Part shown: positions 49,301 to 58,247 of the stretch, piece by piece | Numbering within the stretch: the stretch's first letter is position 1 | Layout of the letters: each line of letters begins with the position of its first letter | Assembly: GCA_963695545.1 (NCBI GenBank) | Contig: OY968796.1 | Span: forward strand, 832,001 to 896,000 | Direction: 5' to 3' | Length of the DNA: 64,000 bases | DNA from: Terriglobia bacterium | GTDB taxonomy: Bacteria > Acidobacteriota > Terriglobia > Acidiferrales > UBA7541 | Program-made: the position numbers and the translations under genes | The notes under the pieces: model-generated | Databases searched by the model: none | Told to the model about the DNA's origin: nothing | The model's input: only the letters and a program-made list of their open reading frames with translations

Positions 49301-49911
49301 GATCTCGCTCCCGCTCTGGCTGCGCGCGCGAATCGGCCGGCGCCGCGGCCCAGGTTCGACAAAATCCACGCCGCGGCGCGCGGCAGATCTTCGGCGCGCG
49401 CATCGGGTCTCGCGCCGCGAACTTTGGCGGACGCGCGCGTCGCGGCGCGTAGCGGTCGCGCCGCCGCTCTCGGACCGACCAGAATCGTGCGGCATCCCGC
49501 GGCGCGGCCCGCGGCGATGTCTTTCGCGGAATCGCCAACCAGAAACGAGCCGCGCAAACTCACACGCCATTGCCGCGCGGCGTCCAGCAGCAAGCCCGGC
49601 AGCGGCTTCCGGCACTCACAATGATCGGCGTCGCGATGCGGGCAAACGTAAATCCCGTCCAGCTCGATTTCGCGGTCGAGCGTCTGGTGCATGCGCTCAA
49701 GTTCCGCGGCGTGCAAGCGCCCGCGCGTGAGTTCGGGTTGGTTGGTGACCACCAAAGCCAATAAGCCCGCGCGGCGCAGCTTCCGAACCGCGCGCGCCAC
49801 GCCGGGCAGCACGGCGAAGTCCGCAAGGCGCAGCGGCGAAAGCCAGCGGCCGTCGCGACGCACCAGCGCGTTCAGAACTCCGTCTCTATCGAGAAACAGT
49901 GCTCGCCGCAT
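49297..49911 (-). CDS. gmhB: GmhB-like sugar bisphosphate phosphatase (HAD IIIA)
   Basis: FLDRDGVLN, VTNQP, CPH....CECRKP, VGDS..D. Confidence 0.88.
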   Translation of the reverse strand: MRRALFLDRDGVLNALVRRDGRWLSPLRLADFAVLPGVARAVRKLRRAGLLALVVTNQPELTRGRLHAAELERMHQTLDREIELDGIYVCPHRDADHCECRKPLPGLLLDAARQWRVSLRGSFLVGDSAKDIAAGRAAGCRTILVGPRAAARPLRAATRASAKVRGARPDARAEDLPRAAAWILSNLGRGAGRFARAARAGARS

Positions 49912-50527
49912 GAGCCCTTTTTCTTTCGGCGCCGGCGCGGATGCGCTCGGCCACGCAGAAGGTCAGCAGGTGATGAATCACAACGTGAAAGGATTCAACG
50001 TGCGGCGTGGTGTGATACGGCACGATCACCGCGGCGTCGGCCAATTGGCGCATGGCCCCGCCGGTGAAACCGGCCAGGCCAATCGTTTGGCCGCCGTGCT
50101 GCTTTGCGAATTCCATGGCGCGCAATAAATTCTGCGACCACAATCCCGCGCGATCGCGCCCGCTGCCGCCATGCACGCTGATCGCGATCAGCAGATCGCC
50201 CGGGCGAAACAGCGTTTCGAGCTGCCGCAGATAGACGTTTTCCCAGCCGTCGTCGTTCACCAGCGCGCTCATCAGCGGCGCGTTGTCTCCGAGCGAGAGC
50301 ACGCGCAAGCGCGGCTGGTGCGGCACGATCGTGCACTTGAACAAATCCGCGGCCAGATGCGTGGCCGTGCCCGCCGAGCCGCCATTGCCGCAGGTGAACA
50401 CCGTGGCGCCGCGCTGCCAGGCCTCCCACAGCAGCTCAACGGCGCGGTCGAGAGATGCGCGGTCGATTTTTTCCGTGATCTCCTTCACACCCCGAAGGTA
50501 CTCGCCGATATATTCTCCGTTGCGCAT
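49886..50527 (-). CDS. gmhA: GmhA-like phosphosugar isomerase (SIS domain)
   Basis: TCGNGGSA..A.H, ND.G, AISVHG, ES.H; AAGGAGG RBS. Confidence 0.85.
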   Translation of the reverse strand: MRNGEYIGEYLRGVKEITEKIDRASLDRAVELLWEAWQRGATVFTCGNGGSAGTATHLAADLFKCTIVPHQPRLRVLSLGDNAPLMSALVNDDGWENVYLRQLETLFRPGDLLIAISVHGGSGRDRAGLWSQNLLRAMEFAKQHGGQTIGLAGFTGGAMRQLADAAVIVPYHTTPHVESFHVVIHHLLTFCVAERIRAGAERKRAHAASTVSR

Positions 50528-50569
50528 ATTGCGCCTCCTTCAGTCATCCAGTCGTCTTTCAATCTTTCG

Positions 50570-51577
50570 TTACGCATCGATTCGCACCACAGCGTTCGTG
50601 CGCGCCGATTCGTACGCCGCGGCCGCCAGACGTAGCGCCTGCCAGCCGTCCCAACCGCTCGCTTCTGGAGCGCGCTCCTCGCGAATGGCGGCCGTAAATT
50701 CCGCCCACTCCGCGGCCCAGGAGGTGTCTTCGCCCAGAAATTCGATTTGCTGTTCCGCCGGGGCGCCGCTTGCGCGCCGCTCGCCGATCACCAGGCGCTC
50801 CGGTCCGTAGCTGCCGCCTAATCCTTCGATCTCGATGTAACCGCTTTCGCCGAACACCTCGAACGAAAATAGGTTCTTCCACTGCGTCCAGCTTGCGTGC
50901 AGACTCGCGGTAACGCCTTCGGCGGTGCGCAGCAAACAAAACGCGTTGTCTTCCACCGCGATCGGCCAGTACGCCGACGAAACCATCGCGGACATTTCCG
51001 AGAATTCGCCGGCGAACCAGCGAAACAAATCGAGCGCGTGCACGCCCTGATCGAGCAATTCGCCGCCGCCGGAAACGCGATCGGCGCGCCATTCATGCTC
51101 GTAGCCTGTGCGTCCGCCGTGACCGTAGCGGCAACGCAGCAAGAGAATCCGCCCGATGCGGCCCTCGCGCGCCAGGCGATGCGCCTCCGCAATGGCCGGG
51201 TGATAGCGGTGATTGAAACCGGTCTTGAGAGCGCGCTTGGCGCGCGCCGCGACAGCCACCAGATCGGCCGCTTCCTCAGGAGTGCGCGCCAGCGGCTTTT
51301 CGCAAAGCACGTGCTTGCCGGCCTCGAGCGCCGCTTTCGCCACCGGCGCGAGCCATTGGTGCGGCGTCGCGACGATCACCGCTTCCACGTCGCGCGCGGC
51401 AACGAGCGCTTCGGACTCTGCATACACGCGCGATCCAAACGCGCGCGCCATCACTTCGGCGCGCCCCGCGTCCACGTCCGCCACGGCCACGAGGCGCGCG
51501 CCGCCGGCGCGAGACAACACTTCCGCGCGCCGCGCTCCCGCGCGTCCCGCTCCGACGATGCCGACGCCAAGCGTCAT
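50570..51577 (-). CDS. Gfo/Idh/MocA family oxidoreductase
   Basis: GIVGAG, ATPH, CEKP, GGGELLDQGVH. Confidence 0.92.
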   Translation of the reverse strand: MTLGVGIVGAGRAGARRAEVLSRAGGARLVAVADVDAGRAEVMARAFGSRVYAESEALVAARDVEAVIVATPHQWLAPVAKAALEAGKHVLCEKPLARTPEEAADLVAVAARAKRALKTGFNHRYHPAIAEAHRLAREGRIGRILLLRCRYGHGGRTGYEHEWRADRVSGGGELLDQGVHALDLFRWFAGEFSEMSAMVSSAYWPIAVEDNAFCLLRTAEGVTASLHASWTQWKNLFSFEVFGESGYIEIEGLGGSYGPERLVIGERRASGAPAEQQIEFLGEDTSWAAEWAEFTAAIREERAPEASGWDGWQALRLAAAAYESARTNAVVRIDA

Positions 51578-52446
51578 CGCGCCTCAAGCACTTCGGTGAA
51601 TTTGCGCCCGTCGATCCGGCGCAGTGTGTAGAGCGACGTGCGGCACAATTCAATGGACCGCCCGCCCAGCGATCTCCAGTCGTCCCAAACCGCGCTGATC
51701 AATCGCCCGGTGATTCCGGCGGCTGCCGGCGAGGCCAAAAACACCGCAAGTTCCGCCGCGCGCTCCGGCGGCGTGCCGCCGGAAGCTTTTTGTTCGAGCG
51801 TCTTCTTGTAAAATTCGGCGCCGGCGCGTTCTCCCGCCGCAAGCACTTCGTCGACCAGACGCGTGTTCACCGCGCCCGGCGCGATGGCATTCACGCGCAC
51901 GCCCGCGTCGCGCACTTCTTCCGCCACGGTTTCGGTCAATCGCACAACGGCGGCCTTTGACGCGCTGTAGGCGGAAAATCGCGGAAATGGCGCGACCGCG
52001 CCACCGCCGGAAAAATTCACGATCACGCCGCTGCGTTGCTCCACCATGCGCGGCAGCACAGCGCGCATCGCGTAAGCCGTGCCCAGCAGGTTCGTCGCGA
52101 TCGCCGCGCTCCAGGCCTCCATGTCGGCGTCAGCCAGTGGACCGATCGGGCCGTACACACCGGCTGCGTTCACCAGCACATCGAGCCGGCCAAACATCTG
52201 CAGCACGCCCATGACCGCGCGCTGCATATCGCCTGGCTCGGCCACGTCGGCTGAAAACGCCTGTGCGCGCGCGCGGCCCGCGCTCAGTTCGTGCGCGACG
52301 CGCTGCAGATGAGCCGATGGCCGCGCGACAAGCGCGACATCCGACCCTTGGCGCGCAAACGCACGCGCCACGGCGCAGCCGATGCCGCGGCTTGCGCCTG
52401 TGACCATTACCACCGAGCGTGCCGCCGCGGCGCCAGCGTGATTCAC
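51574..52446 (-). CDS. Classical SDR oxidoreductase
   Basis: TGASRGIG, VNAAG, YSASK, NAIAPG. Confidence 0.92.
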   Translation of the reverse strand: MNHAGAAAARSVVMVTGASRGIGCAVARAFARQGSDVALVARPSAHLQRVAHELSAGRARAQAFSADVAEPGDMQRAVMGVLQMFGRLDVLVNAAGVYGPIGPLADADMEAWSAAIATNLLGTAYAMRAVLPRMVEQRSGVIVNFSGGGAVAPFPRFSAYSASKAAVVRLTETVAEEVRDAGVRVNAIAPGAVNTRLVDEVLAAGERAGAEFYKKTLEQKASGGTPPERAAELAVFLASPAAAGITGRLISAVWDDWRSLGGRSIELCRTSLYTLRRIDGRKFTEVLEAR

Positions 52447-53777
52447 AGGGCACGCTCCGCCCGCGATCGTGATTCCGCGCGCCCCAAACCCACGCCCCAG
52501 TAGGCCAGGCCTGCGGCTCCCGCGGCGCTGCGATCGAGAAAATTGTGCGCGTCCACCAGTACCGGCCGCGCGAGCGACGCGCGCAGCCGCGCGAAATCCA
52601 GAGCGCGAAATTCCGGCCACGGCGTCATTAGAACCACGGCGTCAGCGCGCTCGGCCGCCTGGTAGGGATCGGCGGCCAGCGTCACTCCGCGCGTTTCCGC
52701 GCACTCCGCGTGCACCTGCGGATCGTGCGCGCGCACCTGCGCGCCCATGCGCGTCAATCGCGCGGCGAATTCAAGAGACGCCGAACGGCGCAGTGTGCTG
52801 GTGCCCGGCTTGTAGGTCAGTCCCAGCAGCGCAATCGTCGCGCCACGCAATCCTCCGCAAGCCCCCGCCACGCGCTCCGCAAGACGCGCCAGCCGTCCTC
52901 GATTTACCTCGAGCGCGGCGTCCAGCAGCCGCGTGGGAAGCGAAGCGCGCGCCCCCAAGCCGCGCAGCGTCTGCACATCGCGCGCCAATGTGCCGCCGCT
53001 GAAGCCAGGCCCCGGATCGAGAAACGCCTGCGGGCCGATGCGTCGGTCGCGGCGAAGCACCTGCATCACTTCGCGCACATCCGCGCCGGAGACCTCCGCC
53101 AGATCGGCAAGTTCGTTCGCGAAGCTGATGGAACTGGCGAGAAAAGCGTTTACGGCGTGTTTTGAAAGCTCGGCGCTTTCCCAGCTCATGGGTAGCGCGT
53201 GCGTCGAAATTCCCCGGTACAGGCGCAGAAATTCCTGCGCGTCGTCCGGCTCGTCGGCGCCCACCACCAGAAAATCCGGTGCGAGAAATGTTTCGAGTGC
53301 GCGGCCCAGGCGAAGATTTTCAGGCTGATAGATCAGCCGCGCCGCAAGCGCCGGCGCTTCGCGCAAGCGCATCTGAAGTTGCGCGAGTGTTCCCGCCGGA
53401 ACCTGACTCATCACCACGATGAACACGCCCCGCGGCATTCGCGGCGCCTCTTCGACTATGGCGTCTACGGCGTTAAGAATCGGCGTGAGATCGCTGTGAT
53501 CGTTTTCGTCCACCGGCGTGTCGAACGTTACGTACACGGCGTCAGCGCCTTCGACCGCTTGCGCAACCGATGCCACAAATTGCAATCGTCCCGCGGCCTG
53601 CTCGCGCCGGACGGCTTCGGCCAAGCCCGGCTCAAACACCGGCGGCTCGCTGCGCTCAAGCGACGCGACCGTTCGCGTGTCCGGGTCGGTTGCGCGTACG
53701 GTGTGTCCGAGAGACGCGAGACCCGCGGCCGCAACCGTGCCCAGATGCCAGAGTCCGATTAGGCCGATGCGCGCCAT
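52443..53777 (-). CDS. UDP-glucose/GDP-mannose dehydrogenase family protein lacking the catalytic Cys
   Basis: FEPGL, DTP, PENLR.G, AELSKHAVNAFLA, GLTYKPGT; GFSGGTLARD where GxGGxCxxKD is canonical. Confidence 0.88.
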   Translation of the reverse strand: MARIGLIGLWHLGTVAAAGLASLGHTVRATDPDTRTVASLERSEPPVFEPGLAEAVRREQAAGRLQFVASVAQAVEGADAVYVTFDTPVDENDHSDLTPILNAVDAIVEEAPRMPRGVFIVVMSQVPAGTLAQLQMRLREAPALAARLIYQPENLRLGRALETFLAPDFLVVGADEPDDAQEFLRLYRGISTHALPMSWESAELSKHAVNAFLASSISFANELADLAEVSGADVREVMQVLRRDRRIGPQAFLDPGPGFSGGTLARDVQTLRGLGARASLPTRLLDAALEVNRGRLARLAERVAGACGGLRGATIALLGLTYKPGTSTLRRSASLEFAARLTRMGAQVRAHDPQVHAECAETRGVTLAADPYQAAERADAVVLMTPWPEFRALDFARLRASLARPVLVDAHNFLDRSAAGAAGLAYWGVGLGRAESRSRAERAL

Positions 53778-54802
53778 GCGTGGTCTCCATTTCCATTGCT
53801 GTAGCCGGCGCCATTGCTCAAATTGGCGACGACTTTTGTGCCCTCGAAATCGAACCGGTAACGCATTTCGCGCAGGCCGGCCGCGCGCATGGCCTCGCGC
53901 AATTGCTGGTGCTTGCTCTCGGTGTAAAAAACGAAGAAGCCGCCGCCGCCGGCGCCGGAAATCTTTCCGCCCAGCGCCCCGTTCTGCTTGGCCAATTCGT
54001 AAAGTTCGTCGAAACGCGGATTCGAGACGCGGTTTGAGAGTTTTTTCTTGGCTTGCCAGTGGCGATCGAGTTCGCAGCCAAAGCGAGTCAGGTCTCCCGC
54101 TTCCAACATCTCGCGGATGCGGTAGCCCACCTCCTTGATTGCGTGCAGGCTCTCGGTGACCGGGGAGTGCGCGAGCGTCGCGCCGCGGCTTTGTTCGTCA
54201 AGGATCGCCAGACTCGAGCGTTCCGTGCCGGTATAGAACGCCAGCAGATTCCGCCCCAGGTCTTCCAGCGTGGCTTCGGAGATCTGCGCGCGATTCACCT
54301 CAACGTTGCCGTCGCGATCGATTTCAAGCATCGTCAATCCGCCGAATGACGCCATGTACTGATCCTGTTTGCCGATGGGCTTGGCCAGGATCTCGATTTC
54401 CAGGCGGCAGGCTTCTTCGGCCAGCGTGCGGTATTCAACCGGCGTGCGGCACAGTGTGTGCAGCGCATGCAACAAACCGACTGCATAGCAGCTTGAAGAT
54501 CCGAGCCCCGTGCCCGCCGGCACGTCGGCCATCGAAGTGATCTCGATGCCGCGCTCGATGCCCGCAAAGCGCAGTGCCTCGCGCGCGATTTCATGCTGCA
54601 GATCGTCTCGATGCGTCACGGTTTCCGAGCGCGAATATTTCACGCGCACCAAATCGTCCACCACCGGGCGATTCACGTTCACGAACATATATTTGTCGAT
54701 GGCCGCGGCCAGGATGAACCCGCCGTAGCGCGAGTAGTAACTCGGCAAATCCGTTCCGCCGCCGCCGAGCGTGATGCGAAACGGTGTGCGCGTGATGATC
54801 AT
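53759..54802 (-). CDS. GHMP sugar-phosphate kinase (HddA/LmbP-like)
   Basis: IITRTPFRITLGGGGTD, PAGTGLGSSS, GKQDQY, GKISGAGGGGF. Confidence 0.9.
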   Translation of the reverse strand: MIITRTPFRITLGGGGTDLPSYYSRYGGFILAAAIDKYMFVNVNRPVVDDLVRVKYSRSETVTHRDDLQHEIAREALRFAGIERGIEITSMADVPAGTGLGSSSCYAVGLLHALHTLCRTPVEYRTLAEEACRLEIEILAKPIGKQDQYMASFGGLTMLEIDRDGNVEVNRAQISEATLEDLGRNLLAFYTGTERSSLAILDEQSRGATLAHSPVTESLHAIKEVGYRIREMLEAGDLTRFGCELDRHWQAKKKLSNRVSNPRFDELYELAKQNGALGGKISGAGGGGFFVFYTESKHQQLREAMRAAGLREMRYRFDFEGTKVVANLSNGAGYSNGNGDHAWRASA

Positions 54803-54857
54803 CGGCGCCCCGCGCTTTTCGCGCCGTTCGGAAATCGCGTGCGCGTCCGCTGCGGCG

Positions 54858-55979
54858 TCATGCGTGCACCGCTGAGCGGCGCAGCACGCCGCGCGCGGCC
54901 ATTTCCGACGCGGCCTGCTCGGTCGAATCCGGCACATCGTCTTGTTGCCTTGCCCAATCGACGTACTCCGCCACAATCTGTTCCACCGCGGCGCGCGGCC
55001 GCCAGCCGAGTCTGCCAATCTTCGCACTCGACGAAATCGTGTGGCGCGGATCTCCCACGCGGAATTCTCCGCGCTCAATCGGCTCGAGATTCTCGCCGCA
55101 GGCTTGGGTCACCAGACGCGCGAATTCCCTCACCGTGACGCCACGCTCGCCGCCCACGTTGAACACCTCAAAATCCGCCGCCGGATTTTCGAGCACGGCC
55201 ACGTGCGCCGAAACCACGTCCTGCACGTGCACGTAATCGCGCAACTGGCCTCCATCTTCGTAAATAATCGGCGCCTTTCGATGCAGCAGGCGCTGCGTGA
55301 ATGTCCGGCACACTCCGGAATACGCGTTGTGCGGCGAATTGCGCGGCCCTTGCACGATTGAGTAGCGCAGCGCCACGGTCGGAATGCCGTAACGCCGGCC
55401 CAGCGCCAGGCCCAGCATTTCAAGCGCATATTTTGAGATGGCGTACGCGGTGTGCGGATTGGCCGACGATTCATCGAGCGCTGCCGGCGTCATCACGCGC
55501 TTGCATTCGCGGCAGGTGTGTTCCCATTCGCCGCGCTCGAGCTGCTCGATCGAGCGGGGCGCTGGATACGCAATGCCGTGCTCCGCGCACGCGTAGCGCC
55601 CTTCGCCGTAAACCGATTGCGAACTTGCGAGCACGACCTTCCGCAGTGCAAGCCGGCGCGCAACCGCGATCTCGTAGAGCAGCGCGGTTGACGCGGCATT
55701 GACGCTGATAAAGGTGCTGAAGTCCGGCATGTAATCCTGATAAGCCGCCAAATGAAAGACGGCGTCGACGCCGTCGAGCGCGCGCTCCCAGGCACCCCTG
55801 TCGCGCACGTCGCCTTCGATGAATTCCGCATCGCGCGCGAGATATTCAGGCTGCCCCGCGCGGTGCACGCGCGTTTGCAGGCTATCGAGCACGCGCACGG
55901 CATAGCCGCGCTCGAGCATGCGGTCCACCGTGTGCGACCCGATAAATCCCGCGCCGCCGGTGATCAGAATTCGTTTCAC
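54858..55979 (-). CDS. NAD-dependent epimerase/dehydratase with Cys/His-rich insertion
   Basis: TGGAGFIGSH, ASSQSVYG, YAISK, RDYVHV. Confidence 0.9.
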   Translation of the reverse strand: MKRILITGGAGFIGSHTVDRMLERGYAVRVLDSLQTRVHRAGQPEYLARDAEFIEGDVRDRGAWERALDGVDAVFHLAAYQDYMPDFSTFISVNAASTALLYEIAVARRLALRKVVLASSQSVYGEGRYACAEHGIAYPAPRSIEQLERGEWEHTCRECKRVMTPAALDESSANPHTAYAISKYALEMLGLALGRRYGIPTVALRYSIVQGPRNSPHNAYSGVCRTFTQRLLHRKAPIIYEDGGQLRDYVHVQDVVSAHVAVLENPAADFEVFNVGGERGVTVREFARLVTQACGENLEPIERGEFRVGDPRHTISSSAKIGRLGWRPRAAVEQIVAEYVDWARQQDDVPDSTEQAASEMAARGVLRRSAVHA

Positions 55980-56009
55980 GCGCCCAGCCTCGTTTCTTTC
56001 ATCCGCGTT

Positions 56010-57471
56010 TCAATACGCTCCGCGGCCGCGCAGTACCGCGGGAATGGTTTTCAGCAGAATCTTGCAATCCAGCCACAACGACGCCGAAGCGATGTATTCC
56101 AGATCCATTCGCGCCCATTGCTCGAAGCTGCGGATTTCGCTGCGGCCGTTGACCTGCCACAGGCAGGTGATTCCCGGCTTGATGCTCAATTTGCGCCGCT
56201 GCCAGAATTCATATCGCTGTGCTTCTTCCGCGAATGACGGGCGCGGCCCCACCAGGCTCATGTCGCCTTTGAGCACGCTCCACAGTTGCGGCAATTCGTC
56301 CAGGCTGTACTTGCGCAGAATTCGCCCCAGCGGAGTCACGCGCGGATCATTGCGCAGCTTGAATACCGGCCCGTCCATTTCGTTTTGCGCGAGAAAAGCC
56401 GGTTTCAGCTCCTCGGCATTTGTGACCATGGTTCGGAATTTGTAGCCGGTGAACGGCTTCTTGTTGATGCCCAGCACGCGCCAGCGAAAAAAAAATCGGG
56501 CCGTCGGGCGAGGTCAGCCGAACCAGAGCGGCGATCAGCAGGAGCAGCGGCGCAAGCAGCACCAGCAGCGCTGCCGACACGCCCACGTCCAGAATTCGTT
56601 TGGCCGCGCGATAGCTCTCAGGCCGGTCAAGATCAGAAAGTGCCACCGCCGGGCAGCCTGCCACCGGCTCCAGACGCACATCGCGCCATCCCTGCGTGTA
56701 CCCCAGCCGCGGCAAATAAAAATCCGGCAGCACGGCCACGCGCAGGCCTAATTCCAGCGCCGCTTCGATGTGCGCGCGGCAGTTCGGCACGCGCTCGGCC
56801 GGCATGGCCAGAACCACCAGATCCACCGGATGATCGAAAAGATAAGCGCCGATTCCATCGGTTGAACCCAGCAGCGGCGCGCCTTCGATTTCCGGCGGAG
56901 CCGCATCGGGTTCGGGATCGAAGCAGCCCACCAGTTGGTACTCGCAGCTTTCGGTCGATAGCGCGGCGCGCATGAATTCTCGCGCGCGTTCGCGCGTGCC
57001 GATCACGGCGATGCGCACGATGTTGTAAATGTGCGAGCGGCGCGCGCGAAACCATCCGAGCAGTGCTCCGCGCACGGCAAGCGTCGCCGGCACGGCCACG
57101 AGCGAAAAACCGAACACCAGCAGCCGGCTGGTGGTCGCGGCTTTGAACGTGAAAATCAAAAGAGCCAGCGCCGCAAGTCCCAGCAGCGTTGCGCGTATGG
57201 TTTGCCCCAACGCCGCGCCCAGTGGAATTCGCCGCGCCGCCAATAATCCCGCGCGCTCATACAGCGCATACCAGAGCGGAAGAATGATCAGCAGCATCCA
57301 GGCGAATTCTCGGAAGGGTCCGACGCGCGTTGGATCGTGCCGCAGATACGGCCGGTAAAGCGGCAGCGCGCGGTACGACGCATAAAAGCACGCCGAAAGC
57401 GTGGCCGCTTGCGCCACGGCCAAGGCGCGCCGCGCGATACGTGCTTCGAACAATTCGCCTCTGAGATTCAC
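56010..57471 (-). pseudogene. Priming polyprenyl-phosphate glycosylphosphotransferase (WcaJ/CpsE-like), frameshifted at a T9 tract
   Basis: N-terminal TM part and AKRILDV...GPIFF lie in one frame; YKFRTM, DPRVT, SLDELPQ, GDMSLVGPRP lie in another. Removing one base from the A9 run at 56487-56495 joins them as PIFFRWRVLG. Confidence 0.85.
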
Positions 57472-57505
57472 CGCAATCGCTCCTGCTCGGATTTGTTCCA
57501 GTCGC

Positions 57506-58195
57506 TTACTGTCCGGCGCGCGCTGCGGCCGCGGCCGTAAACGCGCGCGCGGCGTCTGCGTTAAATTGCCGCACGGTCTCGCGGCTGTATTTGTGGTCCA
57601 CCATCTTCGGCAGCATGGCCGGTGGAATGGTGATGATGTCCGCGCCGGCCTCGGCCGCGCGCTGCACGTCCATCACCGAGCGAATGCTTGCCACAAGCAC
57701 GCGCGCCTGAGATTCCCAGCGCCGCAGCCACTGCTGAAGCCCCGCGATCAACTGCGCGGGGTCGTGGCCTTCGTCCGCGACGCGCCCCGCGAACACGCTC
57801 ACGTAACAAGCGCCGGCCTTGGCCGCGAGCACCGCTTGATTGAAGGAAAGAATTGCCGTGGCGTTCACCGGAATTCCCGCGCGGCTGAGCGCGTAAATCG
57901 CTCGCAGGCAGGAATCGCCGTCCTGCGTGACGATCGGAATTTTCACGACCACATTCGACGCCCAGCGCGCAAACGCGCGGCCCTGCTCGATCATCTGCCC
58001 TGGCTCGCTCGCGGTGACTTCTACTGAGAGCGGGCGATGACCCAACAACGCCGCAAGTCGCCGCGCCATGGATTCCAGATCGCTCGCGCCATCCTTCAAT
58101 AAAATGCTGGGATTCGTGGTCACGCCGTCGACCACGCCTTCGGCCAGCCAGTGCGTCAATTCCTTTTCATCCGCGGAATCGAGAAAAATCTGCAT
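57506..58195 (-). CDS. Transaldolase (short TalC/FSA family)
   Basis: FLDSA, TTNPS, SVEV (Glu), VVKIP (Schiff-base Lys), VNAT, YVSVFAGR (Phe, transaldolase type); AAGGAG RBS. Confidence 0.9.
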   Translation of the reverse strand: MQIFLDSADEKELTHWLAEGVVDGVTTNPSILLKDGASDLESMARRLAALLGHRPLSVEVTASEPGQMIEQGRAFARWASNVVVKIPIVTQDGDSCLRAIYALSRAGIPVNATAILSFNQAVLAAKAGACYVSVFAGRVADEGHDPAQLIAGLQQWLRRWESQARVLVASIRSVMDVQRAAEAGADIITIPPAMLPKMVDHKYSRETVRQFNADAARAFTAAAAARAGQ

Positions 58196-58247
58196 CGCGC
58201 TCTCCTTTGGTCTCGATAGATGTCTCTTCGCTTGCGCTCTCGCGTAC

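Noticed and set aside
49297..58195. A true lincosamide antibiotic cluster
   Set aside because: No aminotransferase, proline-derivative, condensation, mycothiol/ergothioneine or resistance genes; the context is Wza/Wzc export.
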